Part shown: piece after piece, positions 1 to 10,332 of the stretch | Numbering within the stretch: position 1 is the first letter of the stretch | How the letters are laid out: every line of letters begins with the position of its first letter | NCBI GenBank assembly: GCA_963826115.1 | Contig: CAWGVS010000010.1 | Location: 128,001 to 192,000 of the forward strand | DNA: 64,000 nucleotides | Reading direction: 5' to 3' | From: an uncultured Candidatus Rokubacteria bacterium | GTDB lineage: Bacteria; Methylomirabilota; Methylomirabilia; Rokubacteriales; DASRDR01 | Notes under the pieces: generated by a model | Database searches by the model: none | What the model was told of the DNA's origin: nothing | Seen by the model: only the letters and a program-made list of their open reading frames with translations | Translations under genes and position numbers: made by a program

Positions 1-1
1 C

Positions 2-292
2 GATCTCGTGGTCTACGGCACCGGGGCCCCGGAAGGCCACGTGTCCTTCATCGACGAGATCGGCGCCCACGCCGGCCCGTCGCCGGAGGAGCTCCATACC
101 TTCGTCGTCGCACCCGCGTCGGCGCGCATGCCGGAGTCGATCGACCACCCGCTCCAGCTGTACCCGCTGTTCCTCGCCTACCAGTTCGGCGGCGCGGAGT
201 CCGAGGTCGAGCCGGTCGAGGACGATGACAAGCTGTCGGCGCGGCGACACGGCCACGGGTCGCCGCCCTGGCGGTGCGCGGTCTCGGCTTGA
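2..292 (+). CDS. 5'-truncated CDS, possibly the C-terminus of an alkaline phosphatase/nucleotide pyrophosphatase-family protein
   Basis: Open frame from the window edge: DLVVYG...SFIDEIGAHAGPSPEELHTFVVAP; the GxHxG motif resembles the AP-superfamily C-terminal metal site. Confidence 0.45.
   Translation, partial: DLVVYGTGAPEGHVSFIDEIGAHAGPSPEELHTFVVAPASARMPESIDHPLQLYPLFLAYQFGGAESEVEPVEDDDKLSARRHGHGSPPWRCAVSA
226..257. promoter_or_regulatory. Putative enhancer (UAS) palindrome, copy 1
   Basis: TGACA-AGC-TGTCG-GCGCGG-CGACA-CGG-CCACG; shares core TGTCGNCGCGRCGACAC with 6494 and 8170; centre about 100 bp upstream of the sigma54 site at 341. Confidence 0.5.
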
Positions 293-340
293 TTCTGGCC
301 GCGTTCGAGCCGATCCGTACCTACTCGACGCGGGCGCGAC

Positions 341-356
341 TGGCATGCCACTCGCA
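341..356 (+). promoter_or_regulatory. Putative sigma54 -24/-12 promoter
   Basis: TGGCATGCCACTCGCA, GG-N10-GC, 60 bp upstream of ATG 417. Confidence 0.55.
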
Positions 357-416
357 CACCAGTAGACAACGAAGCGCGCGGCTCGAGCGAGCTGGCGTGC
401 GAGAAAGGCGGACCAG

Positions 417-803
417 ATGACACGCACGCTGCTCGGCGTCACGTTCGCGATCGGCCTCGTGGCGAGCCTGCCCGGCCCGACCCACGCCGGCGGCGCCCTG
501 ATCGAGACCACGGCCCCGCTCGCGGATCGCTCCGAAGAGTCCGTCAAGGCGGCGGTCGTCGCGGCGATCGACAAGGCGATGCGCGGCGCCGCGGCCATGG
601 GCTTCGCGTGGGTCCAGCTCCGCGACGCGCAGGTGTCGGAGGGTGAGGTGGCGATCCAGATCCTGGCGACCGACGAGAAGCCAGGAGCCGTGGACGGGGT
701 CCAGCCGGATCCCGCTCCGGACGCGAGCCCGGGCGACGACGCGCTCTCGGGCGAGACGGACCGGGGGCCGGCGATTCCGGAAGGCGCGCGGCTCCACATC
801 TGA
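417..803 (+). CDS. Hypothetical exported protein
   Basis: 128 aa, signal-peptide-like N-terminus, purine-rich RBS-like region, acidic Pro-rich tail. Confidence 0.7.
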   Translation: MTRTLLGVTFAIGLVASLPGPTHAGGALIETTAPLADRSEESVKAAVVAAIDKAMRGAAAMGFAWVQLRDAQVSEGEVAIQILATDEKPGAVDGVQPDPAPDASPGDDALSGETDRGPAIPEGARLHI

Positions 804-833
804 GCGACGCGCGCGGCGCCGCCCCGGCCGCGG

Positions 834-2127
<1,294 letters not shown>

Positions 2128-2366
2128 GGGCCGGCGACTCGGCTCGGGCAGGGAGGGGCCGACGGGTCCGACGAGCGCAGGCGAGGCCGCCCGGCGGCGG
2201 TCACGCCGACCGGCCGGCGGTCGCCGCCGTCACGGGCTAGGACCCGAACGGGCCGCATGAAGGCATCGCCGTCCTTCCCTGGCATCCCGATGTCGGGACA
2301 CTAGCACGTCGGGCTGCCGGGAGGCGAGAGGTTGTCGGCGGCAGCCGGTGGGAGCGGGCGTGGGCG

Positions 2367-4473
2367 TCACGGCGCGCCGCTCGGCCGCGGCGCGGTCGAG
2401 CCCGGGCGCGTCGGCTCCGCGGTCAGGACGAGTGCGCGGAGCACCTCGGCCACGCTCCACGCCTGCGCGATGCACCCGCGCGGCGTGAACGGCGCCTCGG
2501 CGTCGAAGATCTCGCTGATACTGCCGACGCACGCCTCGTCGAGGTGCGGCCAGAAGCCGTCGAGCAGGCTGCGGGCCGTCGCCCGGTCCTCGGGGTGGAC
2601 GCGGAGCCAGGCGTCGACGAACGGGCCGATGAGCCAGGCCCAGACCGTGCCCTGGTGGTAGGCCGCGTCGCGCGCTCGGAGGTCGCCGTCATACGTCGCC
2701 TTGTAGTCGGGGTGGCCGGGGGCCAGCGATGCGAAGTCCGACCGGCGTGAGGAGGCGGGTCCGGACCACCGTCAGCACCGGCGGCCACCGCGCCTCGGTC
2801 CAGGACCGGGTGGCGGAGCGAGATGGCGAACAGCTGGTTGGGCCGGCAGGCCGCATCGTCGCCTGCTCGCCGTCGACCACGTCGTAGAGGTAGCCGCCGT
2901 CGGCGTACCAGAAGCGGCGGTTGAACGACGCGCGCGCGTTCGGCGGCCCGGGCCGCCAACGCCGCCGCGGGCTCGTCGCCCTCTTCCTCCCGGAGCCACC
3001 CCTCGAGGAGCCGGAGGGCGTTGTACCAGAGCGCGTTGATCTCGACCGCCTTGCCGCGCCGCGGCGTCACCACCCAGTCGTCGACCTTGGCGTCCATCCA
3101 GGTGAGCTGGTAGCCGTCCGCGCCCTGGCGGAGCAGACCGTCCGCCGGGTCGACGCCGATGCCGAACCGCGTGCCGGCGAGGTGGTGGTCCACGATCGCG
3201 ACCAGGGTCGGCAGGAGGAGCGCGGAGCGTGCCGCGGTCCGCCGTCGCCGCGAGGTAGCGGTCGAGGGCGTGGAAGTACCAGAGGCGTCGCGTCGGCCGT
3301 GTGGTAGAGCCCGTCCCGCGCGCCTTCCGGGAACATGTTGGGGATCAGGCCGTCGCGCACGTAGTGGGCGAACGTGCGCAGGATGTAGCCGGCCTCGACG
3401 TGGCGGCCCGTGAGCAGGGTCAGGCCCTCGAGGCTGATCATCGTGTCGCGTCCCCAGTCGGTGAACCAGTGGTAGCCGGCGATGATCGTGCCGCGCCTCG
3501 TCGCCGGTCGCCGCGCGCGAGCGCGGCGTCCGCCACGCGCCCCGCCGGCGTGATGACGAACTGGTCGGCGGCCAGCACGAGCTCCGCGGCCGGCCCGGTC
3601 CGGGCGAGCGGATGCGCGGCCGCGAGCAGGCGCCGTCGCCGCACGCGCTCGGCGCGCTCGGCGGTCTCGGGATCGAGCGCGTCGCATGGCCTCCCACGAC
3701 TCGGTCGAGGCGACGAGGGTGCTCGCTTCGCTCCGGCTCGAGCGTCACGCGGAAGTACCCGGGGCTCCAGAGGTCACCGGTCGCCTCGTAGCCGCGACTC
3801 TCCTCCACCGGGTACAGGACCTGCTGGATCGTGTGCCCCGACACGCGGAAGGCGGCGGCCGGGCCGTGCATGCGGAACCGGAGCGCGCGGGAGCTCCGGC
3901 GTCGCGAAGAGCTCGTAGCGATCGCCCACGACCGTGAGCCGCGTAGGGCCCGGCCAGGGGATCGCTCACGGGCCGCTCGTGCGGGCGGAAGTGGACCGCC
4001 GGCCGCACGTGGAGATCGAACGGGGCCGGCGCCGGCGATGCAGCCGGTAGCTCACGTGGACGGTGTTCTGGCGGTAGGGCAGCAGCAGGCGCTTCTCGAG
4101 GGCGACCGCGGCCGAGCTCGTACCGCCAGACCGGCAGCCCGCTCTCCAGGCGGAACTCCGCGAGGTCCAGGAGCTCGCGCCGGCTTCGCCGCTCGCCGTC
4201 GACCTCCCGCCCGTCGCGGGAGCGGCGACGCCGGCGTCCGCCAGGTCGAGTCGCTCGTGCAGGTGGCTCAGCATGATCATCCGGCCGAGCGGCGCCGGGA
4301 GCGCGGCGATCAGCAGCCCGTGGTAGCGGCGCGTCATGCGCGCCGGACACCGTTCCCGACGCGTAGCCGCCGAGCCCGTTGGTCACCAGCCACTCGCGCG
4401 TGCGCCGCGCCGCCGGGTCTCGGCGGACGTCACGTGCGGGCCAGGCGGATGCGGCGCGACCAGCTCGGCTCAT
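2367..4473 (-). CDS. Amylo-alpha-1,6-glucosidase (glycogen debranching enzyme); multiple frameshifts
   Basis: Motifs across frames: REWLVTNGLGGYASGT, TRRYHGLLIAAL, IIAGYHWFTDWGRDTMISLEGL, LTWMDAKV...TPRRGKAVEINALWYNAL, CRPNQLFAISL, SISEIFDAEAPFTPRGCIAQAWSVAE. Confidence 0.9.
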
Positions 4474-6389
4474 CCCACACGCCGTCGAAGCACCAGCGCC
4501 GCGCTGGCCCGGGAGGCCCCACGCACGCCGTCGGGATCCACCGCCGGCGTCCCGAGCCGCCGTAGCGGATCGCTTCGCTCGACCAGCGGAGCTGCCAACG
4601 CGCCCCGGCCGGCGGTGCGAGCAGCGGCTCGGCGACCGAGGGCAGCGTGAGGTCACGGCCGAGGTTGACGCAGCAGCAGGCGGTCGCCCGCCTCGGCGCG
4701 TTCCCCGAAGAAGCGCAGCACGAACGCCTCCGGTCCGAGCACGGCGCCGTCGACCCCGCTTCGCCGCTGCGCGCGGAAGACCGGGTCCTCCCGGCGCAGG
4801 CGGAGCAGGTCGCGGTGGAGCGCATAGGCGGCGGCGTGTCGCTCGCGCTCCGCGAAGTCGAGCTTGCAGCGCTCGAACGTCGCCGGTCGCGCCGGGTCGG
4901 GGACCGCCGCCTGCGCCTCGGCGCCGCGCGAGGCTCGGGAACTGGCGCGAGGAACTGGCGCGCGCCCCGCCCGGACCCGCTTCGCCAGCTCGGGCTCGTG
5001 GTCGGCGAAGTAGAGGAACGGGCTGGACGCGGCGAACTCCTGCCCCTGGAACAGCATCGGCGTGCCCGGCGCCGAGCAGCAGCAGCGCCGTCATCGCGCG
5101 GTAGCGCCCGGGGCTGGTCAGCGCGGTCGCCGCGGAGCCCGCCGGGCGGAGTTGGCGACCTGGTCGTGGTTCTGCGATGAAGTGCACGAAGCGACGCGGG
5201 CGCGAGGTCCGAGCGCCGGCGTGCCGCGCCGCTTGCCTCTGCCACGCGTAGCGCTGCCCCTGGTAGAGGTAGCCGCGCTTGACCGCCGAGATGAGCTCCT
5301 GCGGCGTGCCCGCGGTAGTCGCGTGTAGTAGGCCTCGGCGCGGCCGGTCAGCGCGACGATCGCGCGCGTGGTGGAAGTCGTCGTTCCACAGCGCGTCGAG
5401 GCCGTAGCCGCCGCTGCTCGGCGGGCGCGACGAGGCGCGCGTCCTGCGGCTCGTTCTCGGCGACGACGAAGATCGCGCGGCCGCCGGCCGCCGGCCCGCG
5501 CCTGGCGCGCGATCGCGGCCAGGATGTGCTCGCGGCGAGCGCGTCGAAGATCGTCCTGCGTCGCGTCGAGCCGCAGGCCGTCGAGGTGGAACTCGTCGAT
5601 CCAGTAGCCGGCGTTGGCGACGAAGAACTCGCGCACCGGCCCGGCGCCCGCGCCGTCGAAGTTGATCGCCTCGCCCCACTCGGTGCGCGTGACGCGTCGG
5701 TGAAGTAGGCCGGCGCAGAACTGCGCCAGGTAGTTGCCGTCGGGCCCGAGGTGGTTGTAGACGACGTCGAGGATCACGCCGAGGCCGAGCGCGTGGGCGC
5801 GGTCGACGAAGCGCGCGGAAGTCGTCGGGCCGGCCGTAGAGGCGCGTCGGCGCGAACAGATCGACGCCGTCGTAGCCCCAGCCGAAGTCGCCCGGGGAAC
5901 TCGGCGACCGGCATGACCTCGAGCACGGTGATGCCCGAGCGTCGGCCAGCTCCGGCAGCTCGCGGCGCGGCCGCGTCCCAGGTGCCCTCCGCGCGTGAAC
6001 GTGCCGACGTGCATCTCGTAGACGACCTGGCCCTCGCGCCGGACGCCCGGCCAGCGCGCCGTCGGTCCACGCGAAGGCGCCCGGGTCGACGACCTGCGAC
6101 GGGCCGTGCGGCCCCTCCGGCTGGAAGCGCGACGCGGGATCGGGCAGCGGCCCGGCCCGCCGTCGAGCCGGTACGCGTAGGTCGCTCCCGCCCGGACGCC
6201 GGCGACGAGACCGGCGTGGTACCCGTCGGGCTCCGTGGCGAGGGCGACGTGGCGATCGTGGAGCTCGACCTCCACGCTCGTGGCCGCCGGCGCCCACACG
6301 CGGAAATGCGCGCCGCTGCCGTCGGGGACGAGCTCCGCGCCGACCGGCAGGCGGCGCCATGCGGGGGGCGAGGGGGGGCGCGTTCGCAC
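4470..6389 (-). CDS. treZ: Malto-oligosyltrehalose trehalohydrolase (GH13); multiple frameshifts
   Basis: FRVWAP, PDPASRFQPEGPHGPSQVVD, YEMHVGTFT, WGYDGV, LDVVYNHLGPDGNYL, DGLRLDATQ, WNDDFHH, QNHDQVAN, MLFQGQEF; GTG start at 6389 inferred from the promoter position. Confidence 0.9.
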
Positions 6390-6402
6390 AGCGGGACCTC
6401 GG

Positions 6403-6418
6403 GGCAACTTCTATACCA
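6403..6418 (-). promoter_or_regulatory. Putative sigma54 promoter for treZ
   Basis: Minus strand TGGTATAGAAGTTGCC, GG-N10-GC. Confidence 0.65.
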
Positions 6419-6493
6419 GACAACGGCCGCGTGCGCCGCTCCGGTCCGGCCGGAGAACGCCGCCCGCGCTCGAAGACGGTCTCACGGCCCGGG

Positions 6494-6525
6494 CGCCACC
6501 GTGTCGCCGCGACGACACCGTGACG
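6494..6525. promoter_or_regulatory. Putative enhancer (UAS) palindrome, copy 2
   Basis: CGCCACCGTGTCGCCGCGACGACACCGTGACG, lying between divergent sigma54 sites. Confidence 0.65.
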
Positions 6526-6628
6526 TTAGTAGGCCGGGATCTGACACGGCTTCGTCCCGGTCGTGATCGCGCACAAATGCGCGCGTGGAGCGCTCCGCGG
6601 CCCACGCCGCCCGCGCTCCGGATCGCGG

Positions 6629-6644
6629 TGGCACCCGGCTTGCT
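6629..6644 (+). promoter_or_regulatory. Sigma54 promoter for the PRC-BON gene
   Basis: TGGCACCCGGCTTGCT, full match to TGGCAC-N5-TTGCW. Confidence 0.8.
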
Positions 6645-6699
6645 CCGACACCCTGGTATGCGCAATGAGCGGATCGTGGACATTCAGGGAGGCGTGAGC

Positions 6700-7383
6700 A
6701 TGACGACTGAGTTCCGTACCCTCATCACCGTGGCGGCGCTGGCGGCCCTCGTCGGCACGGCCGATGCCGGTTCGGCGCCCGCGCCGAAGACCGTGGCGGC
6801 GACGTCGGCCAAGGCGACGGAGCCCATCAAGGACACGAAGCGGTTCGCCGAGAACGCCGGCCTCTCGCGGGCGAGCTCGGTGATCGGAAGCAGCGTGAAG
6901 GATCTGTCCGGCAAGGACGCCGGAAAGGTCGAAGACCTCCTGCTCGACTACCGCGGACACGTCGGCTACGCCGTGGTGTCGTTCGGCGGGTTCCTGGGCA
7001 TCGGCGACAAGCTGTACGCGGTGCCGTGGGACGCCGTGATCGTGGATCAAGAGAAGCGGACGGTCTACCTCGACGTGAAGAAGGAAGCACTCGAGCACGC
7101 CCCGAGCTTCTCGTCCGACAAGTGGCCCGAGCAGAACGATCGCACGTGGGGCCAGGCAGTCAAGAAGGCCTGGAGCGATGCCTCGATCACCGCTTCGGTC
7201 AAGACGAAGCTGGCGGGCACGGCGCCCGCCACGCTCCTGAAGGTCGACGTCGACACGACCAACGGGATCGTGCAGCTGAACGGCACGGTCGACAGCGACA
7301 AGACGCGCCAGCGCGCGACCGAGCTGGCCCGTCAGGTCGACGGGGTGCGCCGCGTGGTGAACAACCTCAGGGTGCAGAGCTAG
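6700..7383 (+). CDS. Exported PRC-barrel + BON domain protein
   Basis: GGAGG RBS; signal peptide; RASSVIGSSV...GKVEDLLLD...YAVVSFGGFLGIGDKLYAVPW (PRC); DASITASVKTKL...VDVDTTNGIVQLNGTV...VDGVRRVVNNL (BON). Confidence 0.9.
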   Translation: MTTEFRTLITVAALAALVGTADAGSAPAPKTVAATSAKATEPIKDTKRFAENAGLSRASSVIGSSVKDLSGKDAGKVEDLLLDYRGHVGYAVVSFGGFLGIGDKLYAVPWDAVIVDQEKRTVYLDVKKEALEHAPSFSSDKWPEQNDRTWGQAVKKAWSDASITASVKTKLAGTAPATLLKVDVDTTNGIVQLNGTVDSDKTRQRATELARQVDGVRRVVNNLRVQS

Positions 7384-7496
7384 CGCTCGCATCTCGAGGG
7401 GGCTCGTCTCGCGGCCTCGCGGAGCCCGGGAGCGCCGGCTTGGCGCCGCCCGGGCTCCGTCCGTCGACCGCATCACCGAACCGCAAGGAGGGTCTC

Positions 7497-8144
7497 GTGG
7501 CGAAGAACGCCGGTTCCAGCGCGCCGAAAGCCTACCGCCCGCGTGAGTTCGATCTCGCGGGACTTGCAGGCATCTCCGACGCCCAGATCGAGGAGCACCT
7601 CGCGCTCTACGCGGGATACGTGAAGCAGGTGAACGCCTTGAACCAGGGGCTGGCCGAGCTGCGCGGTCGCGGCCAGGCGTCGAGCAAGAGCCCGGAGTTC
7701 GCCGAGCTCACGCGCCGGCTCGGCTTCGAGTACAACGGCATGATCCTGCACGAGTACTACTTCGGCAACCTGCGCGCCGCCGCGGACCCTGCGCCGCCAG
7801 GGCGGTCGGGCCTGTCGGAGGCGCTCGCCGGCTCGTTCGGGTCCGTCGAGCACTGGCGGACGGACTTCCAGGCGATCGGCGGGATGCGAGGGGTTGGCTG
7901 GGCGGTCCTCTTCCAGGATCCGGTCACCGAGCGCCTGACCAATCACTGGATCTCGCTGCACCAGGACGGCGTGCCCGCGGGATTCAAGCCGCTCCTGGTG
8001 ATGGACGTCTGGGAGCACGCGTACATGCGCGACTACAAGGCGACCGAGCGCGACCGGTACATCGAGGCGTTCTTCCGGAACATCGACTGGTCCGCGGTCG
8101 AGACGCGGCTCCAGGACGAGCGCGCCGTCCGGCCCGCGGCCTGA
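7497..8144 (+). CDS. Fe/Mn superoxide dismutase family protein (ChrC-like)
   Basis: AAGGAGG RBS, GTG start; EHLALYAGYV, NGMILHEYYF, RGVGWA, DVWEHAY metal ligands. Confidence 0.9.
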   Translation: MAKNAGSSAPKAYRPREFDLAGLAGISDAQIEEHLALYAGYVKQVNALNQGLAELRGRGQASSKSPEFAELTRRLGFEYNGMILHEYYFGNLRAAADPAPPGRSGLSEALAGSFGSVEHWRTDFQAIGGMRGVGWAVLFQDPVTERLTNHWISLHQDGVPAGFKPLLVMDVWEHAYMRDYKATERDRYIEAFFRNIDWSAVETRLQDERAVRPAA

Positions 8145-8169
8145 GCGGTCGTCATGCTGTCCGGCGTCC

Positions 8170-8201
8170 CGTCACGCTGTCGTCGCGACGACACCGTGGC
8201 G
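8170..8201. promoter_or_regulatory. Putative enhancer (UAS) palindrome, copy 3
   Basis: CGTCACGCTGTCGTCGCGACGACACCGTGGCG; central 16 bp is a perfect palindrome; extra sub-site CGTCA-TGC-TGTCC at 8150. Confidence 0.65.
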
Positions 8202-8265
8202 AGGACGACCGAGAGGAACACCCGGCCTGGCGGGCGTTTCAGCGTCACGGGCCACGGGATCGACC

Positions 8266-8281
8266 CGGCACGCGACTTGCC
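8266..8281 (+). promoter_or_regulatory. Putative sigma54 promoter for the small-protein cluster
   Basis: CGGCACGCGACTTGCC, GG-N10-GC. Confidence 0.7.
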
Positions 8282-8355
8282 CTGACTAACGTCGGGGGCC
8301 GCGTGACGCGGCCGCAGCTAGAAACGGGCCGCGATCGCGCGGCGCGGAGGGCAGC

Positions 8356-8544
8356 ATGCGAGGCGCACGGGGCTGGATCGGAATCGCACTGGGGCTCGGC
8401 GTGCTTCTCGCCTGATGCGACCAGGGCCCGGCCCAGAAGGCGGGCGAGAAGATCGACCGGGCTCTCGACCGGCTGAGTGGCAAGGGGCCGCTCGAGAAGG
8501 CCGGCGAGCGGATCGACAAGGCGGTCGAGGAGCTCAAGAAGTAA
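8356..8544 (+). pseudogene. Small lipoprotein interrupted by an in-frame TGA at 8413 in the lipobox
   Basis: GGAGG RBS; MRGARGWIGIALGLGVLLA*CDQGPAQKAGEKIDRALDRLSGKGPLEKAGERIDKAVEELKK; repeated GPxxKAGExID. Confidence 0.75.
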
Positions 8545-8619
8545 GGCGGCCGGGCCGGGCGCGCGTCCGGGACACAGCGGACCCGGGCAACGAGCGAACC
8601 GGCGAAGGAGGACATGACG

Positions 8620-8790
8620 ATGCTGTCGATGGCCCTGACGTTCCTGATCGTGGGGCTCGTGGCCGGGCTCCTCGGGCTCTACGGCGTCGCCGCCGTGGCG
8701 ACGCAGATCGCGTGGGTGCTGTTCCTGGTGGGCGTGGTGCTGCTCGTGGTGCACGTGGCCCGGGCGCGACGGCTCCCGCCTGTTGTGTGA
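8620..8790 (+). CDS. DUF1328/UPF0391 small membrane protein (YtjA-like)
   Basis: AAGGAGG RBS; MLSMALTFLIVGLVAGLLGLYGVAAVATQIAWVLFLVGVVLLVVHV. Confidence 0.85.
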   Translation: MLSMALTFLIVGLVAGLLGLYGVAAVATQIAWVLFLVGVVLLVVHVARARRLPPVV

Positions 8791-8804
8791 AGGGGGAACG
8801 AACC

Positions 8805-8888
8805 ATGGGCGCTCTGCGGAGCCTGATCACGGCGATCGGCATCTGGCTCGCGTTCGTCCTGGTGTTCACCTCGATCGTCGGCGCCTAG
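8805..8888 (+). CDS. 27-aa single-transmembrane microprotein
   Basis: AGGGGG RBS-like; MGALRSLITAIGIWLAFVLVFTSIVGA; GC3-rich codons; 14 nt after DUF1328. Confidence 0.55.
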   Translation: MGALRSLITAIGIWLAFVLVFTSIVGA

Positions 8889-8996
8889 GGGCGTGTCAGC
8901 GCCCAGGCGCGCGGTGAGCCGGCGCACCGAGTCGCCGGCGGCAACGCGCGGCCACCCCGCGGTGACCGCGATTCACGCAGTCGAGGAGGTGACGAC

Positions 8997-9086
8997 GTGG
9001 CTCATCAGTACCGCTGTGAGAAGTGCGGACACGTGTCGGACCGGCCGGGCAGCTGCTGCGGTCAGCCGATGAAGGAAATCTCCTAG
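8997..9086 (+). CDS. 29-aa four-Cys metal-binding microprotein (desulforedoxin-like)
   Basis: GAGGAGGT RBS, GTG start; MAHQYRCEKCGHVSDRPGSCCGQPMKEIS; followed by a terminator. Confidence 0.75.
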   Translation: MAHQYRCEKCGHVSDRPGSCCGQPMKEIS

Positions 9087-9106
9087 CCCACTCGCGGGCC
9101 TACTCG

Positions 9107-9146
9107 GGGAGCGGGACGGCGAGAGCCGCCCCGCTCTCTCTTTTTC
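9107..9146 (+). terminator. Rho-independent terminator
   Basis: GGGAGCGGGACGGC-GAGA-GCCGCCCCGCTCTC stem with GNRA loop, then TCTTTTT. Confidence 0.75.
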
Positions 9147-9173
9147 GCCTCGCCGCGCGCCCCACCCGGCGCT

Positions 9174-9202
9174 TTGACAGCGGCGCTCCCGTGGGGCATC
9201 GT
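9174..9202 (+). promoter_or_regulatory. Sigma70-like promoter for the LLM gene
   Basis: TTGACA-N17-CATCGT, 10 nt before the ATG; no SD. Confidence 0.5.
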
Positions 9203-9212
9203 GCCCAGGGTC

Positions 9213-10259
9213 ATGCACGTCGGGATCTTCGTCGAGGAGCGGCGCCGCGGCGCCAGGGAGGCCGTCGCCTTCCGGGACGCCGTCGAGCTCGCCGAGGCGG
9301 CGGAGGCCGGGGGCCTCGACGGCGTGTGGCTGGGCGAGATCCACTTCACCCCGACCCGCTCCGTCCAGTCGGCGCCGATGGCGCTGGCGAGCTACCTGGC
9401 CGCCCGCACCCGCCGGGTGCGCATCGGCACGGCCGTGACGGTGCTGCCGCTCGTCCACCCGCTGCGCATCGCGGAGGAAGCGGCGACCGTGGACCAGCTG
9501 AGCGAGGGCCGCTTCGACCTCGGGATCGGGCGGAGCGGCGCCGCCTCGACCTACGACGCGCTCGGAATCCCGTACGGGGAGAGCCAGGCGCGCTTCGAGG
9601 AGGCGCTGGCGATCATCCGCGAGGCGTGGAAGGGCGAGCCCTTCTCCTACGAGGGCCGGTTCCACCGGATCCGGAACACCGTGGTCACGCCGCGGCCCCA
9701 CCAGGTGCCGCACCCGCCGATCCGGATGGCGGCCAACTCGCCCGAGACCTTCCCCTGGGTCGGCCGGGCCGGCCTGTCACTGTTCGCGGGCCTGCGCGAC
9801 CTCGGCATCCCGGAGATGGGCGAGCACCTCGCGGCGTATCGCGCGGCGTGGCGCGGCGCCGGGCACGCGGGGGCCGGCGACGTCTGCCTCCGCATCCCGC
9901 TTTACGCCGCGCCAACGGAGGCAGAGGCCCGCGAGGAGCCGCGCGAGAACATGACGTACTTCTTCAATCGCCACACGGAGCTCGCGCGGGCGCGCCTGGG
10001 CCGGGCGGGCGCCGGCCCCGTGGAGCGCGGCCAGGCTCGCGTGGCCGACCTGGAGGACCTCTCGTACGACCGGATCCTCGAGACCCGCGCGGCGTTCGGG
10101 ACGGGGGCGAGTCTCGTCGAGCGCCTCCGGCGCCTCCGCGACGAGCTCGGGCTCGACGGCATCATCGCCGAGCTGAACCCGGGCGGCCTCCTCTCGCTCC
10201 CGCAGATGCGCCGCACGCTCGACATCCTCGCCCGCGAGGTCGTCCCCGCGCTCCGCTGA
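9213..10259 (+). CDS. LLM-class flavin-dependent oxidoreductase (luciferase-like monooxygenase)
   Basis: GLDGVWLGEIHF, LAARTRRVRIGTAVTVLPLVHPLRIAEEAATVDQLSEGRFDLGIGR. Confidence 0.92.
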   Translation: MHVGIFVEERRRGAREAVAFRDAVELAEAAEAGGLDGVWLGEIHFTPTRSVQSAPMALASYLAARTRRVRIGTAVTVLPLVHPLRIAEEAATVDQLSEGRFDLGIGRSGAASTYDALGIPYGESQARFEEALAIIREAWKGEPFSYEGRFHRIRNTVVTPRPHQVPHPPIRMAANSPETFPWVGRAGLSLFAGLRDLGIPEMGEHLAAYRAAWRGAGHAGAGDVCLRIPLYAAPTEAEAREEPRENMTYFFNRHTELARARLGRAGAGPVERGQARVADLEDLSYDRILETRAAFGTGASLVERLRRLRDELGLDGIIAELNPGGLLSLPQMRRTLDILAREVVPALR

Positions 10260-10332
10260 CGCGACATCGCGGCGTGCTAAGCTGGCTGCGGATCGAGCGC
10301 CACCCTCTCCGAGGCCAGCCGAGGAAGAGCCC

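Noticed and set aside
2367-6389. Programmed frameshifting or phase variation
   Set aside because: Shifts are numerous, irregular and not at a shared slippery or repeat tract; sequencing error fits better
7441-7456. Sigma54 promoter for the SOD gene (TGGCGCCGCCCGGGCT)
   Set aside because: Spacing fits but the -12 element lacks TT; likely chance in GC-rich DNA
8413-8415. Selenocysteine or genetic-code reassignment at the in-frame TGA
   Set aside because: The position corresponds to the lipobox Gly, not a catalytic Cys, and TGA terminates many genes here
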